From the NCBI RefSeq assembly GCF_020745735.1, contig NC_083408.1, positions 14,756,484 through 14,820,483 of the forward strand: a DNA stretch of 64,000 bases, written 5' to 3'. Under the pieces are notes generated by a model. The model did no database searches. It saw only the letters and a program-made list of their open reading frames with translations, and was not told the DNA's origin. Source of the DNA: Hemiscyllium ocellatum (lineage: Eukaryota). Shown one piece after another: positions 61,583 to 64,000 of this stretch (position 1 is the stretch's first letter; each line of letters opens with the position of its first letter). The translations under genes were made by a program, and so were the position numbers.

Positions 61583-64000
61583 CCCTGTACCCTGGCACAG
61601 ATAATAGTGAATGATTATGATGTGGTAGGCAACACAGAGACTTGGTTACAGGGGGGTCAGGATTGGCAGTTAAACCTCCATGGTTTTTCAACTTATCGAA
61701 AAGACAGAGAGGTGGGCAGAGGGGGTGGGGTTGCCTTGTTAGTTAAGAACAAAATTAAATCAATGGTATTGAATGACATAGCGTCGGATGATGTGGAGTC
61801 TGTGTGGGTGGAATTGAGGAACCACAAAGGCAAAAAAACCCATAATTGGTGTTGTGTATAGACCTCCTAACAGTGGTCAGGACCAGGGACGCAACATGTA
61901 CCGGGAAATAGAAAAGGCATGTCAGAAAGGCAAGGTCACATTGATCATGGGAGACTTCAATATGCAGGTGGACTGGGTAAATAATGTTGCTAGTGGATCC
62001 AAAGAAAGGGAATTCATGGAATGCTTACAAGATGGCTTTTTGGAACAGCTTGTCATGGAGCCCACAAGAGAGCAGGCTATTCTGGACCTAGTGCTTTGCA
62101 ATGAACCAGACTCTATAAAAGATCTTAAAGTAAGGGAACCCTTAGGTAGTAGCGATCATAATATGGTAGAGTTCAGTCTGGAGTTTGAAAGAGAGAAGGC
62201 AAAATCGGATGTAATGGTGTTACAGTTAAATAAAGGTAATTATGAGGGCATGAGAGAGGAACTGACAAAAATAGACTGGAAGCAGAGGCTAACCGGGAAG
62301 ACAGTAGAGCAAAAATGGCAGGAGTTTGTAGGTATAATTGAGGACACTATACAGAGGTTCATCCCCAAGAAAAGAAAGATTATCTGGGGAAGGATTAGAC
62401 AACCATGGCTGACAAAGGAAGTCAGGAAATGTATTAAGGAAAAAGAGAGATCTTATAAAGTGGCTAAGAACAGTGGGAAATCGGAAGATTGGGAAGGATA
62501 CAAAAGCAAACAGAGGATAACAAAGAGTGTAATAAGAAATTAGAGGATCAAATATGAAGGTAGGTTAGCCAGTAATATTAGAAACGATAGTAAAAGTTTC
62601 TTTCAGTATATAAACAAACGACAGGCAAAAGTAGACATTGGGCCACTTCAAACTGATGCAGGAAGCCTAGTGATGGGAGATAAGGAAATAGCAGGAGAAC
62701 TTAACAAGTACTTTGTGTCAGTTTTTACAGTGGAAGACATGAGTAATATTCCAAAAATTAAAGGGAGTCAGGTGGCTGAGTTGAGTATGGTTGCCATTAC
62801 GAAAGAGATATTGCTCGAAAAGTTAAAAAGTCTTAAAATTGATAAATCTCCTGGCCCCGATGGGATACACCCTAGAGTTCTGAGAGAGGTGTCTGAAGAA
62901 ATAGCAGAGGCATTGGTTGAGATCTTTCAAGAGTCACTGGAGTCAGGAAAGGTCCCGGATGATTGGAAGATGGCTGTTGTAACCCCCTTGTTCAAGAAAG
63001 GATCAAGGCAAAAGATGGAAAATTATAGGCCAATCAGTTTAACCTCGGTTGTTGGTAAAATTCTAGAATCCATCATTAAGGATGAGGTTTCTAAATTCTT
63101 GGAAGAGCAGAGTCTGATTAGAACAAGTCAACATGGATTTAGTAAGGGGAGGTCATGCCTGACAAACCTGTTGGAATTTTTTGAAGAGGTAACAAGTAGG
63201 TTAGACCAGGGAAACCCAGTGGATGTGGTCTATCTAGACTTTCAACAGGCCTTTGATAAGGTGCCACACGGGAGGCTGCTGAGCAAGGTGAGGGCCCATG
63301 GTGTTCGAGGTGAGCTGCTGGGATGGATTGAGGATTGGCTGTCTAACAGAAGGCAGAGAGTTGGAATAAAAGGTTCTTTTTCAGAATGGCAGCCGGTGAT
63401 GAGCGGTGTCCCGCAGGGTTCGGTGTTGGGGCCACAACTATTCGCATTATATATGAATGATTTGGATGAGGGGACTGGGGGCATTCCAGCCGAAGTTTGC
63501 CGATGATACGAAGTTAGGTGGACAGGCAGGTAGTACTGAGGAAGTGGGGAGGCTACAGAAGGATCTAGACAGGTTGGGAGAGTGGTCCAGGAAATGGCTG
63601 ATGGAATTTAACGTGAGCAAGTGCGAGGCCTTGCACTTTGGCAAAAAGAATAAAAGCATAGACTACTTTCTAAATGGTGAGAAAATTAGTAAAGCCAAAG
63701 CACAAAGGGATCTGGGAGTACGAGTCGAGAATTCTCTAAAGGTAAACATGCAGGTTGAGTCCGTGATTAAGAAAGCGAATGCAATGTTGTCTCTTATCTC
63801 AAGAGGGTTGGAATATAAAAGCAGGGATGTGCTCCTGAGACTCTATAAAGCTCTGGTTAGGCCCCATTTGGAGTACTGTGTCCAGTTTTGGTCCCCACAC
63901 CTCAGGAAGGACATACTGGCACTGGAACGTGTCCAGCGGAGATTCACGCGGATGATCCCTGGAATGGCAGGTCTAACATATGAGGAACGGCTGAGGATAC
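61583..64000 (+). mobile_element. Young CR1 LINE, 5'-truncated near start of ORF2, runs off window end
   Basis: YDVVGNTETWL, YRPPNS, IMGDFN, ILDLVLCNE (endonuclease); [40 protein letters not shown] (RT); a few frameshifts and a TAG at 62541-62543. Confidence 0.97.

Noticed and set aside
61583-64000. CR1 as an intact active element
   Set aside because: Lacks ORF1 and the ORF2 start, and has frameshifts near 61850, 62620 and 63490 plus a TAG at 62541

Overview
Eukaryotic, repeat-rich genomic DNA from a cartilaginous fish (shark-type SINE/LINE/Penelope repertoire, cluster-type immunoglobulin locus). The core is a complete, unrearranged shark IgM heavy-chain minilocus on the + strand (32350-50286): leader, VH, D1, D2, JH, Cmu1-Cmu4 with secretory tail, TM1 and TM2, with recombination signals in V(23)-(12)D1(22)-(12)D2(12)-(23)J arrangement. 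It is a pseudogene: five nonsense codons, five inferred single-base frameshifts, and both splice donors needed for the membrane form are mutated; only Cmu4/secretory tail keeps an open frame. Upstream is an open 3' coding exon of a GPR139/GPR142-like class A GPCR (4178-5088) whose first exon I could not find. The rest is CR1-type LINE fragments, tRNA-derived SINEs, Penelope-like elements carrying hammerhead-ribozyme motifs, a decayed Gypsy element with integrase-before-RT order and nested insertions, several minisatellites, a 4-kb GA tract and a 131-N assembly gap. No CRISPR array, rRNA or true tRNA gene is supported. Repeat boundaries are read by eye and approximate; Ig exon and RSS coordinates were counted base by base. 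Family assignments rest on recalled motifs, not database searches.
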